A stretch of 64,000 nucleotides of DNA, from positions 124,001 through 188,000 of the forward strand of contig JAQGDQ010000153.1 of NCBI GenBank assembly GCA_030141605.1, read 5' to 3'. Below are positions 49,001 to 60,880 of this stretch, in pieces. The translations under genes and the position numbers were made by a program. This DNA comes from Tubiluchus corallicola (Eukaryota > Animalia > Priapulida). Under the pieces are notes generated by a model. It saw only the letters and a list, made by a program, of their open reading frames with translations, ran no database searches and had not been told where the DNA came from. Within the stretch, counting starts at the first letter, position 1. Each line of letters begins with the position of its first letter.

Positions 49001-52000
49001 TAACAAATGCTGATGCAATGATTCTAAGGGAAAAAATTATTTACTGATATCCACATGTTATGGTATTGCTTGCTAGGTGTTTGTCTGGCCAGTTACCCAA
49101 TAAGTAAAAGATTATTTGGCCTAGATAAGCACTAAGCAGTGTAAATATGCCACTGAAGTGTTTTTCCCAGAAAAGAAAATTATCATTAAGTTGAATTTGC
49201 TAACTATGTATAATAATGTATGTAATAAAAACTGTTAATTGCCAGGTAATCTCTTCACAGATTTTTACAAAAATAAAAAATGTAATTATTTTTTGAGAAC
49301 AACAACTATCTAACAACAGGTTGTAATTGCCCATGGAAAGAAGCACCCATCTCAGCCATAACAATCGGCTGTCTACTTTTGCTGATATGATTAACATGAC
49401 CTCAACCTAGACATATATGAATTGCAAGGAAGGTTTTAAATTCCTTTACTAAAGTGGACAAACTAGATGTAGATACATGAAGGTGCTAAAGAAAGTAGAT
49501 TATAATACATATAGATGCTGCAAAAGTAAATGTAGATTAAAGGTAGATGAAAGAAAAGTAGATGTTCAACACTGTTTGTACAGTCTTTAGACGGACCACT
49601 TGTTATTGAGGCCATGTCAATAAGAGGCTTTAAACCTCTGGTATAGTGTAATACAATAGAACATTATCGACTAAAATAGTACGTCATGTTGGTGAAGATG
49701 CTCTAAAAATATTTATACATATCTGTAATGTTTATTTTTTGACAGGTTGGCGAATTTCCAGTGCAATTTTTTGGCTCACGTGATTATTATTGGACGCACC
49801 AAGGACGAGTTTTTCTATTTGAGGAAGGCGATAAAGGCTCCAATGAATCGGCAAATTCTAAAGCTTTAGTAAAAACATTTCGCTTAGGTATAAGTTTATT
49901 CCTTTAGCAACGACAGTATGTTTAACATAATGTTGACATTAAATTAAATTGTCCGCTTACTTTGACTGAATTGTACGCTGGCAGATTCAAAGGAGAAAAG
50001 TACACTTCTGTCGTCATAGCGAATTTGTTACATGACAGATGTACAAATGAATCTGCATTTTGCTAGAATATATTAGTCTTATAGTCTGGGAATATGTTTG
50101 AGAAAAACTCAAAGCTTAGTTCTTTGTATAATATATCATATCATGCAATTATGTTATTTTCACACCTGTTAGAACTAACGTAACTGAAAACCATGTTGTA
50201 CTTATTAATCCTATATTTGATAGGTATGATTTGAAAAATTACATTGAAATTTTGATTTAGCTGTTGAAGAAGCTACTGAAGCTTTCAAGCAATGGCAAAT
50301 AGCGAAGGACACGCGTGCAGCTGTGGAATCAGAGAAAAAAGGACGGAAGCCTCCTCAATATAAGCACATTAAGGTCAGATGATAATGATGGGTACTAAGT
50401 TTTTTGCTTTGTGTTATAACAGTTAGTAATCCTCCGAATTCATAAGAGCTGATATCGATGCACGAAATGCACATGATGAAATCATGCAGTATGGTTTATT
50501 GGAGTTACCAAAGGCAACAAATTGCATTGCTCTTAAGATGAAGATGCAGAATTTGCAAATGCTTCGGGAGTAGAATGTTTCCTTCGTTATGTTTCATAGA
50601 AGCTTTTGTTCCAAAATATCCTCTAAATGCATACATTTACTTAGACGAATGCTGCTGTCAAATAACAATGTACTCAGGTCCAGACCTATGTTGGTTTAGA
50701 AGCTTTGTTGGTGATTCATATATTGCCTTTAACAATGTTGGTTTGCAGTCTTTTGCTCCAGCCAAATAAAATCTTGCTTTCACAATACACTGAAAGCACT
50801 GATTTATATATACAATAGACAAAGTTATATACAATACTTTGTATGAAAGAATTAACAGTCAAACATTTCGTGTTTATTCTCATTTTTATGTTAAAATTGT
50901 GTCTCAAACATCAAAAAATGATTGAAGGCAATAGAAACTGGCTGCAACAAGCTTGTCATAATTACAGTGCAAAAAATTAATGTTTAATGTTTCAGACAAA
51001 TAAGCCAATAGGAAAAGTTCAAATCCACACCAAAGATCCATCCCAGTTGACACCATGTGAGTGTCGGATTGACATGGAGAATCCATGTGGTTCTGACAGC
51101 GACTGTCTTAATCGTATGATGATGTACGAATGCCATCCAGCCGTATGTCGATCCGGAGAAAAGTGCAAAAATCAAAGGTAATTATTACTTTTTGAATTCG
51201 TTCTTTGAGTTTTCTGACCACCAAAATTTTAATTTTTCACTTTAGCTTTTAGAAATATGGGTTAGAATATTTTGTTTTAATTATGTGTTAAAAATCTTTT
51301 GCTGTTGATGTGTTGTTTAGTGCACAGAGGTTTAGTGACCAGAACGAACTTTTCAACTTGTTTTCTTATTTAGTGATTTATTTATTTAGTGTTGTTTCTT
51401 TTGATGGATTTGCGACCATGTTTGAAGCACTAGAAGTTTGTTTTCGTTGAGTTGTTGTCTTCTTAAAAAACCACTTATATTGTAAATCAACCATATCTGT
51501 GCATTTGTTTTTCTTTGGCAGACGATTTATTCATTTTTTTGCTGGTGCATGGTAAGCTAGCTGTCTGTGTAATGATAATGTGACCACCTTTTCAAGTATT
51601 AGTAAGTTAGTAGTTATATAAGCATTTTCTCACAAATGATAAATTGTTACTTTATGTTTTTTAGGCTATCTTTAAGACAATACAGCACAGGTGGGTGCTG
51701 GTTATTGAAAATAGGGAAGATAATCTGTAACCTTAAAATAGTAAAGAAAACTTGAAAAATTGTGTACTTTTAGATTAAGAGTATGAAGTCTTAGTCTTTA
51801 CTATGGGAACTATTCGGTATAGCTGTAATTGTTCACTGGTGTTTGTAGGTTTGTCAAAATGCAGTATCCAGAATGTATTGTCTTCAAAACAGACAGCAGA
51901 GGTTGGGGACTGAAAACTTGCAAGGACATCAAAAAGGTACCGCTAAACTTTTTTGTTGCAGCTTTGTCAGTTGCTGTTTTGTAATTCAACTCTTTGTAAG

Positions 52001-55000
52001 ATAAAGAGGTACAACAGACCATCTTAGAAATGGCTACCTTGAGAATTTGTTATTGTAGTTTCTTGATTAATGCTAACAAAAATGTTGAAATTATATTTAA
52101 AGATAATATTTAGTGGCGTCACTCTGTGCTGTAAGAAAAAATAAAATTGAGGCAGTTGTGTGGCAGTGTCACGACAGAGGCTGTAAATAAAAAAATGATG
52201 CAAAATTGATCAACTGCATTTATTGGTATTGTGTTTACCAAAATATTAAAACCAATAACACCAGTCAGGTTTCTTGAGTTGCCTGTTTGTTATGTGTGAC
52301 GAAATATTATACCCATTGTGAGTTTAAGCTGTTTAGTAACTCCTTAAGGCAATACCTCTAAGTATATTTCATGCCAACCAAGTCACCTTTATTGGTCACT
52401 AGAGGAACTTGGGGCTGCGATACATACTGCTTCTATCTTTGATTAATTTATAGCTTGTATGTTATCTAAATGATAGTAAAGAAACATAGTAGCATGTAAA
52501 AATAAAGCAATGGAGTGTATTGTGTCATAACATCATTGCAGTGTTAATACTTTACTAGCGTTAATGTTAACAGCACTGTGTGTAATTGTTAGGTATTAAG
52601 AGTTTGTGATGATTATTAAAAGTTTGTCGGCGATCACTATTCATTACTGTTTGATAGGGTGAATTTGTTGGCGAATACGTTGGAGATCTGATTGATGAGG
52701 AAGAATGCAGGAGGCGACTACGACGCGCTCATGCAGACAACGTCAGTAATTTCTACATGCTCACTATTGACAAGGATCGAATCATCGATGCTGGACCCAG
52801 GGGAAACCTGACTCGTTTTATGAATCACAGGTAAGAGGGAAGGAGATTTGGGCTACAACCCTGTCTTAGGGTTTGCTTGTATTTGTGTATTTTGCATCTC
52901 AAATTAATTGTTTTTGACTTTTTGTTGTTAAGCTTCCTGTTTTTTTGTTGAGTGGAGAAAATCGCTAGAGTTTTTGCGGATTAATATTTTGCAGAGTAAT
53001 TACAAAAGTAAATCAATGTGATTATCTGATTTGTATTACGTTAGTTTAATACAGCTATTTGTGATGATAGCAGAATCCTTTAGGTCAATAACTGTGAGTG
53101 ACTTTGTGTACAATAATTTGCAGTTGTAGTCCAAATTGTGTCACCCAAAAATGGACTGTGAATGGTGACACTCGAGTTGGTCTTTTTGCCTTGCGGGACA
53201 TTTCAGCAGGTATTATTGTTTTCATTTTTAAAAAAATCGTAGTATATCACAAAACATTTCGCTATAATAGTTTATGAAAATGAAGTTTTTTTAATTAAGT
53301 GATATACTACATTTAATGTTCCATCTGATTTTCAATGTTTTCATTTAGTTTGCCACCATTTTATTTCGAATCGCTGATTTCATAATGTGTTTTTACTAAA
53401 TAAGGTAAGATCATGCTAATCTGCAAAATTAAATTTTATTGCCTGGTGAATTACTAAGTTGTTTCTGAATGGTAAGCAGCAGTCTGGTTGGTTTTGTACC
53501 TCTTTGATTGTTATTAGGGCTGTCCATTGTTTTTTTGGAACGTCGGCGTACTAAGTAGAATAGTGTACAATAATTTCCTTATGGCAACATTTTCCTTTGT
53601 GTGGAAAACACATTGTTCTTGCATCATGTACAATGGGTTTTTTGTACTGTTAAATTTCTGTATTACTCATTTGAATGGTCATGACAACAATTTTTTTTTA
53701 GGTTCAGAGCTGACTTTCAACTATAACTTGGACTGTCTTGGCAACGAAAAAATGAAATGTGCTTGTGGTAGTACAAGCTGTAGTGGATATATCGGAGTGA
53801 GGCCCAAGGTTTGATAACATTCTTCAGTATAACTTGGTTGTGGCTTCATTTTTGGCTCTCTGTGCATTTATGTTCGTAAGGTTTGACTTCCTAAGGTTTA
53901 GCTGTGTATTGGAGTTCCCCTAAGAAAATAAACTAGGTTTGGTCATGTGTGAGACGGATTACAGAAATTGCAGATCTGTCAATAGCAATTCCTGAGAAGC
54001 TGAAGATTTGTTTTGAGCATCTTCATTGGTTTTTTTATTCAAATAAACTTCTTACAACTAATTTGCCTGTGATAGGAGGTGTCTGTGACATTCTTCTTGT
54101 AGTAGGTAAGGTAGTAATTAAGAGGGAAACTATTTTGTGGTAGAGAATTCCACTGATAAGGGGCCTGAGGAAAAAACTGGATTGATAGGCAACTCTTCTG
54201 GTTGTATTATCCTAGAGTAATTTATGATTTTAATATTTTACAATAGTTTTAATGGTTGCAATAAATCACATCGTGTCAGCCAGTGCTTTAATTTGTATTG
54301 GCCATGTTCTGTAAGTAGTGCCTAAAACATCAAATAAATTATTAGGTTATTATTTTACATTTGTCTATAATGAAAATGTGTTCTGATGTGTCTATGTGTT
54401 GACAGGTGATGCCCTCTATACTTTTCTGGCACAGATAAAGTGATAATGAGTCTCTGTAAAATGTGTAATGCGTAAGATAATGCGTAAGTAAGTGAGAGGA
54501 AGTGTGAAAAACGTCTCTTTTTTGCCACTTTTTCCTCATTGTAGAAAAATTGCCAGTATACAATAAGCTTAAATCAGTGATGTTGCATGTAATAAAAATT
54601 CATATTGATATAGTATATTAGCCTTTTTAAATATAAAATTTAGTCTTTTTTGCAGCCTGGGTTACCAATTCCAGACATTAAAACTGCGAAAAGCCATAAG
54701 AAAAAGCGGAAGCATCGATCATCATTGCGCTTGAAACACGATGATGAGTGTTTTCGCTGCCACGAAGGCGGAGAACTGGTGATGTGTGATCGGAAAACGT
54801 GCCCTAAAGTTTATCATCTCACTTGCCTGAATCTGGAAAAACCACCTCACGGTATTGTTATTTTGCATGCTTTTATTGTGCAAAACTCTTTTGATATTAA
54901 TTACAACTTACTTGAGCAATGAAAAAGTAATTGCCTTATTTTGAAATGTAAAGTAGTTGTAACAGTTACTTTTTTCAATAGTTACTTATTGAAAGAACTT

Positions 55001-58000
55001 GTTGCAGTTACAAATTACTTAAGTTGTAAAAAGTTTCAGTAAATTTTTGAAAGAAGTGAAATAATAATTACTTTCTAGTTGCTATCTATATGTTAGCTGA
55101 TATAGTATTTAGTTCTACTGGTGTTAAAACAGTGGATTGTAAATTTGCAATAAATCAAACTGCACAGTATTCACATAGCCACACGTAGATCTGTTTATCA
55201 GGTAATGATGCCAGTCTCTTTTTGCAGCATGTTGTTAAAGACCGCTGCATTGTTGGTTTCTTTATCTGTTTTTTGCCTTACGCTCGATGATATTCTATTT
55301 ATAAGCTCCGAACCAACATTCCTGCATAAAATTCTGCACCCTTCTATTATATCATGATTTTAGGAATCTTCCCATAGAAGCAAAAAGTTAATCGTACTCA
55401 ATGGAAGTTTTGGGAAACGAAGTTTGGCTTATATATGTCGTGTTTCTTGGCCTGCTTTGTCATAAGCCACATTTTAACTCGGTGCTTTTAGTCGCTTGGT
55501 TGCCATTAGGTAATAAATGCCACAAACACAGTTTGACTTTTATGTTAAATATGAGATGTTTAGTGCTACTCTTCTATTTAGAATTTGTTGCTTCCAGTGT
55601 GATGTGCTTTCGTATTTTTAGGTCGCTGGGATTGTCCGTGGCATCACTGTGATGACTGTGGAAGAGCTGCGACTTTAATGTGTGCAGAGTGCCCAAATTC
55701 TTTCTGTCAGTCACATTCCGAGGGCAATATTGCACAAGCAGCAGACAATAATTTATACTGTCATGAACATACGGCTGCAGAAGTCGAGGTGATTTGTTTA
55801 TATTGTCTGCTGGTTGCACAATGGCATTTTAGTATGAATTTAAATTGAAAATGTTAAGAACAATTCAGTTTGATTTTAGAATGTCTACTGTTTTAGGAGT
55901 CATGACAATTTAGAATGTCTTTCTTTACAATCAGCCCATGTTTTTCGTTGAGTTTTTCGTTACGTGTTTCATTCGTGCAGTTAGCATGCATTTTATAATG
56001 ACCTTTTTATAATTCTTGGTGTTTTTTGTTTGTATTTTCTATTGAGATAGATCATTGAGTTCATTGACCTCAATGCTGCCTTTTATTGTTGCCTTTTTAT
56101 TTGCACAAATACATGCCTGTACTTTGCCTTCATCGTGCAGTTACTTCTGACTATTTTCTTGTCCTGATGGTTCTCTTCTAAGTACAACTATTACACATTG
56201 GTTTAAAGTAAAATTTTGTTCTCAGCTGGATTCGTTGTGTGAGATATGGATTCCGGTAGATTTTACTAATCAGATCGGCAAATGTTGCAGTATGTCTTGC
56301 AAGCAAAATGTCACTTGCTAGCGGAAAATACACCATTTTACTATTAGCAACCTTCTTTAGAAAGACAAACATCAATCTAAACAAGCATTTCAGAAATGTG
56401 ATGCGCAGCATGTCTGTCTTCCAAAGTGCAAGACTGAAAATGAAAAGCTGTCAATTGTATTGTTATAAACAGACTAATTTCAAGCGACTTGGCTGCTGTT
56501 ACCATTATCTAGGATCATCTCTCTTAAATTTTGTGTGTATGCGTTGTTCATTTTATGAAGTAGTAAATTTGAATAATTTTGTGATGTTTATGAAAAGCAC
56601 AAACTATTGCACTCATACCTGTTGCTATAGAGAAAAGATGAGCATCACAGCAGCTGAGGGAAGCACTAGTTTTTTAAGATGTGCTCTCGTTAATTGTCGT
56701 TCAGCTTGCAATAAAACTGCTTCAATCAGTGAATTAATCACCAAATCTGATTTAGATATTTTATTTTTGACTGAATCGTGGTTTAAAGAAAATTATTCGT
56801 TAACTACTGCTAAAGTTCTCTGCCTAGCTGATTATAAGCTTCACCATGTTGCGAGACCAAGCCGCGGAGGAGGTGTTGCTATCATGTACCATTCAACCGT
56901 CCTTATGATTAAAGTATTTCGGATGTTTAATTTCAACACCTTTGAGTTGCTTGAAGCTCATTTAATAGGCACTTCTACCTTTGTGACTTTGAGTGTCATT
57001 TATCGTCCACCACCTAATGTTAAAAACAAGTATACTCTAGATGCATTCATTCGTAGTTTTTCAGAGTATCTCCATCAGCACCGGTTTGCAACTTCCTCAT
57101 TAGTGTGTTTAGGTGATTTTAATTTGCATTATGAAGACGAGAACTGTAATGATGCAAAGAAGTATAGAAATATGTTGACGTCTTATTCTATGATTCAGCA
57201 TGTGACAGAGCCTACTAACAAGCATGGCCACATAATTGATCATATACTGACACGGTCAATTGATGATGTTATCACCGATGTACGTGTGGAACCGTTAAAT
57301 TCCATATCCGACCATTATCCCATTTATTTCAAGTTAAAATATAGTAGACACTGCAGTAAGTGTCAGACTGAAGGCTACATTAATCATACTAATATCAGAC
57401 AACCTATGCTGAGAAAACTCATTAGTCCAACATACGATTCAACTCCCCATACTACAGATGGCAGTTACTGTAATGTTCAAGGCAACAGTAAGGACTTGTC
57501 AAAGAACATACTGAAAAGTAAGGTATAATAACTAAGTGTTAGCAAGTATACTGCTTTAGTTCTGAATATGGTAGACATATGGTAGAACATTTTGAAGAAT
57601 GTTATTGGTTCAGATATGCTGGAAGTATTTCACTTAAGTGCAGAAGTAGCTTGGTCAGTACACGTTAGCAAGCTTGTTTTCTGTGCGGGAACTTGTGGTT
57701 CAATTCTTAAATGTCATGTTAAAGACTTATGAAATGGTAATGGTGATTCTTTATCTGAGCAGGCAGATCTTTTAATTAATGTAAAGACCAGATACAGGCC
57801 CTTGTTTCGTCATATATCTGTATCTCTGTATATGTAATTCTTTATTTGTGCTTTTATCCTGTGTAGAGTTGTAAGTGCAAGCTACAAAAAATGGCCACTC
57901 CTGCTTTGATGTTTGAACAACTCAGATAAATGTTAATTTTCTTTCTCTAGGAGCGGATAAGAATAAACGCTGCTATTGCTGCAAGTATCCAGGAAGCAGT

Positions 58001-58011
58001 CAACAGTGAAT
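40026..58011 (+). CDS. NSD: NSD/Mes-4 family histone H3K36 methyltransferase, multi-exon; 3' end beyond the window
   Basis: Phase-consistent exons: 40026-40226, 40538-40763, 41032-41121 (or -41148 with a GC donor), 42282-43223 (PWWP1 [14 protein letters not shown], two KKRGRP AT-hooks), 44429-44580, 45706-45961, 46332-46532, 46914-47093, 47598-47827 (PHDs; PWWP2 [11 protein letters not shown]), 49746-49887, 50261-50373, 50996-51177 (AWS), 51849-51936 (RGWGL), 52658-52830 (SET, RFMNHS), 53124-53209, 53702-53808 (ELTFNY, post-[16 protein letters not shown]), 54656-54851, 55622-55788 (PHD5-C5HCH), 57951-58011. Start codon uncertain (first in-exon ATG at 40092). Confidence 0.94.
42282..43223 (+). 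CDS. NSD: NSD large exon: PWWP1 domain, AT-hooks, basic region
   Basis: ORF 42350..43267: [18 protein letters not shown]...[15 protein letters not shown]; KKKRGRPS and KKKRGRPP. Confidence 0.93.
47905..48060. mobile_element. Possible decayed Tigger/pogo-like element end
   Basis: Repeated GTTATAACGA / TTATTACGA subterminal motifs; second end not identified. Confidence 0.3.
50996..53808 (+). CDS. NSD: NSD AWS-SET-postSET exons
   Basis: [18 protein letters not shown]; RGWGLKT; FVGEYVG; [21 protein letters not shown]; ELTFNYNL; [10 protein letters not shown]. Confidence 0.95.
56308..57528 (+). mobile_element. Stand-alone LINE-type (CR1/L2-like) AP-endonuclease (EEP fold) ORF without RT, in an NSD intron
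   Basis: APE motifs in order: [41 protein letters not shown]...IDHILT, SDHYPI; ORF stops ~60 aa later; no RT motifs downstream. Confidence 0.8.
57645..57765 (+). mobile_element. tRNA-derived SINE head (decayed)
   Basis: A-box-like TAGCTTGGTCAGT and B-box-like GGTTCAATTC, followed by GTCATGTTAAAGACTTATGAAATGGTA. Confidence 0.45.
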
Positions 58012-58033
58012 GTAAGTTTCTTTTATAATGGAA

Positions 58034-58434
58034 TGTGAGAGACTACTACTTCATGATGCCCAAAGTCAAAAATTCATGTTTGAGTAGCTTTATTACGTTT
58101 TATCTGTAAAAAAATATAACAAAATATAACAAACTAATTTGAGCCAAAAAGAAAACAAAGAAATTAATAATAAAGTGAGACTGAATAATCAAAATAAACT
58201 TACATCATGGCTCTACTACTCTTGACAAATAAATGGTTTAACTGAGACAAAACAACAACAACTCTCTTAGCCAATAACAAACTGCCAACTAACCAGGTAA
58301 ACTAGCTCTGTCAATAGAGCATGACAGAAAGAAGCCAAGCCAAGACTTACATATGAATGCAGTTGAAGGACAGTATAGGGGGTTTACAGAATAAGAGAGC
58401 ACTGAACTAATAAAATAACCCAAAATTCTTCACA
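58034..58434 (-). repeat. 3' LTR (401 bp, TGT...ACA)
   Basis: Begins TGTGAGA and ends TCTTCACA; polypurine tract AAGGGGGCGG lies immediately 5' on the minus strand (58435-58444); direct repeat of 63742 onward. Confidence 0.95.
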
Positions 58435-58500
58435 CCGCCCCCTTAAATGCGACTTTAATTACAGGACCATTTACCAAAATAATTGAGTTTACAACAGAAA

Positions 58501-60880
58501 TTAGATGTGTCCTTCAATTAAGCATAATTGATTAATATGTCGTCTTAGAATGCCAGAAGCTGTCTTCAATGTTGCAAACCGCACCAAACCATCTTCATCA
58601 GGACTGGCTACTATTACTCTGCCTAGAGCCCAACTGCTTCGTGGAGTCTGGATGTCTTTAATTAAGACGATGTCACCTTCTTGGATGTTTTTGTTGACTC
58701 TGTTCCATTTAGACCTTTGCTGGAGCATAACTATATATTCCTTCTTCCACCTTTGCCAAAATATGTTGGCCATATGTTGAATGTGGCGCCATCTTCTTGA
58801 GTACACATCACAGTCGGTGAATTTTCCAGGTGGTAGAGTAGGACCATTGCGAAACTACAGAAATCAGACGACTGTTCAGGATATTCTCAACCTGACAAAA
58901 ATATGTATGTAATGCTTCATCATCTATGGTGTGCTTGTCCATGATAAAGGCAAGTGTTCGTTTTACGCTCTTTATCAGGTGCTCCCAAACTCCTCCAGTG
59001 TGTGGAGACTGAGGAACATTAAATTGCCATTCGATTCCCTTTTTTTGTAATGCCTTGGAAATGTCCTCATTGATCCACTGCTCGATTGATCTCTTCAGTT
59101 CACGATCTGCTTCAGTTAAATTAGTGCCACAATCAGATCGCAGCATCTTGGGGTCGCCTCTTCGACAAACAAATCTTTGGATAGCATTAATTAAGGAGTC
59201 ACTTTCCATTGTATATAGCCAACGCTGCCATCTTTCTTGGATACCACTGTCCAATTCATCATTCCAAGACTTCCTGTGAAGCACAGTGGCTTCCTGAAAG
59301 AGAAGTTTTCCTCTAACAACATAGGGAGATAAGAAGCCCAGGGGATCATACACTGAGCATAAAATTTGGACCGATTTTCCACGTTTCTCTGCTGGTATGC
59401 TTTCCAAGACTTCTTTCTTGTTGCTCAGCCATTTGGTAAGGTTGAAACCACTTTCAGCTAATAGTGAAGTCATTTGATGAACTAAGTTACAAGCAGCTTG
59501 CACAGTATCAACCGACTTTAAAAAATCATCGATGTAAAAGTTCCGTTCAACAGCCTGGGTTATTTCCTTGTCGTACTTGTCTTCGTTGTCTGTGGCTGTG
59601 CGTCCAAGGGCAAAAGAAGAGATACTGGGAGACCATACACCTCCAAAGAGATGAACTGTCATCCGATAAACTTTTACAGTGTCTTCCAGATTTCCGTCTC
59701 TCCAATATAAGAATCTCAGTGTATCTCTATCTTCGGGCCTGACACGGACCTGGTAAAACATCGCTTCAATATCTGCCATGACAGCGACGTCCTCCAGACG
59801 AAAGCGTATAAGAACTCCTATGAGCTTGCTAGTCAAGTCAGGACCTTGCAAGACAACGTCGTTAAGTGAGACTCCATTAAACTTGGCCCTGCAGTCGAAA
59901 ACAATGCGAGTTTTATCAGGCTTGTTGACATTAAAAACTGGGAAATGAGGGATATACCATATCTTCCCCATGACGCCTGAATCTTCATCAACTTCTTCAG
60001 CATATCCACAAGTTAACAGATTGGAGATTTCTGCTGAATACTTTTTGTGCAGTTCTGGGTGTTTAGAAAGCCTGATCTTCAAACTTGATAGTCTGGATTC
60101 AGCTATTGGTCGATTATCCTCCAAATTTGGATCGTGCTCCTTAATTAGGAATGGCTAATTGATAATGGTTATCAGCGGTTTTTACTATGCTATTTTCCCA
60201 GATTTTTAGTGCACGCTTGTCTTGTTTTGAGTGAGTTACAGTTTCATCATCGTCATTGATACATCTCTCCAATCTCCAAAATTTTTCAACCTGTGTTGAC
60301 AGTATGTGATCGTTGTTTATGTCAACGTGAGCATAATTGGCTATGTAACATAGTGATTGGCTGCCGCCCCCTATGGGCCCATTTAGAGTCCATCCGAGTG
60401 CAGTTCTGATGTCATAAGGATCCATTGGCGAAGAACCAAGTTTCACTTCAAGAGGTGCCAAGGCAACCGGTACATCCTGTCCAATGAGAAGCATGACGCA
60501 GTTAAAGTCTACATCAGGAAATGAGAGGTCACTGAGATGATCTAAAGTGGACAAATCAGTCTTTTTAACAATACTCTCTGTGAGGCTTGGAAAGGCATCT
60601 ATTGCATAAACTGTATTCAGTTTAATAGCTTCTTTGGCCTCTCCACAGTTGTTGCCTCTTACTGTAAGAGAAATTTTCTCAACTGATGTAGTCTGCTTCT
60701 GACCTAATGTGGAAAGCGTCAACGATGTTTTATGTCCTTTTAGACCTAGTAGCTTCAAAAGTCTTTTACAGCAAAATGAACGATTGCTTCCCCCATCCAG
60801 AAAAGCATAAGTAGATATGGACTATGAGCTGCCTTCAGATGTAACAGTTACAGCGACAACTGGCAAAACGATTTTTTCCT
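58501..60880 (-). pseudogene. pol: Bel/Pao pol (protease-RT-integrase) with stops, frameshifts and internal deletions
   Basis: ORFs 60141..60758, 58808..60124, 58501..58806; in-frame TAG before the protease motif; RNase H and the N-terminal integrase region appear deleted near 59215. Confidence 0.9.

Noticed and set aside
55788-56640. Direct NSD-endonuclease fusion by splicing
   Set aside because: The NSD exon ends in phase 0, while candidate acceptors into the endonuclease frame need phase 2; it would need an unseen bridging exon.
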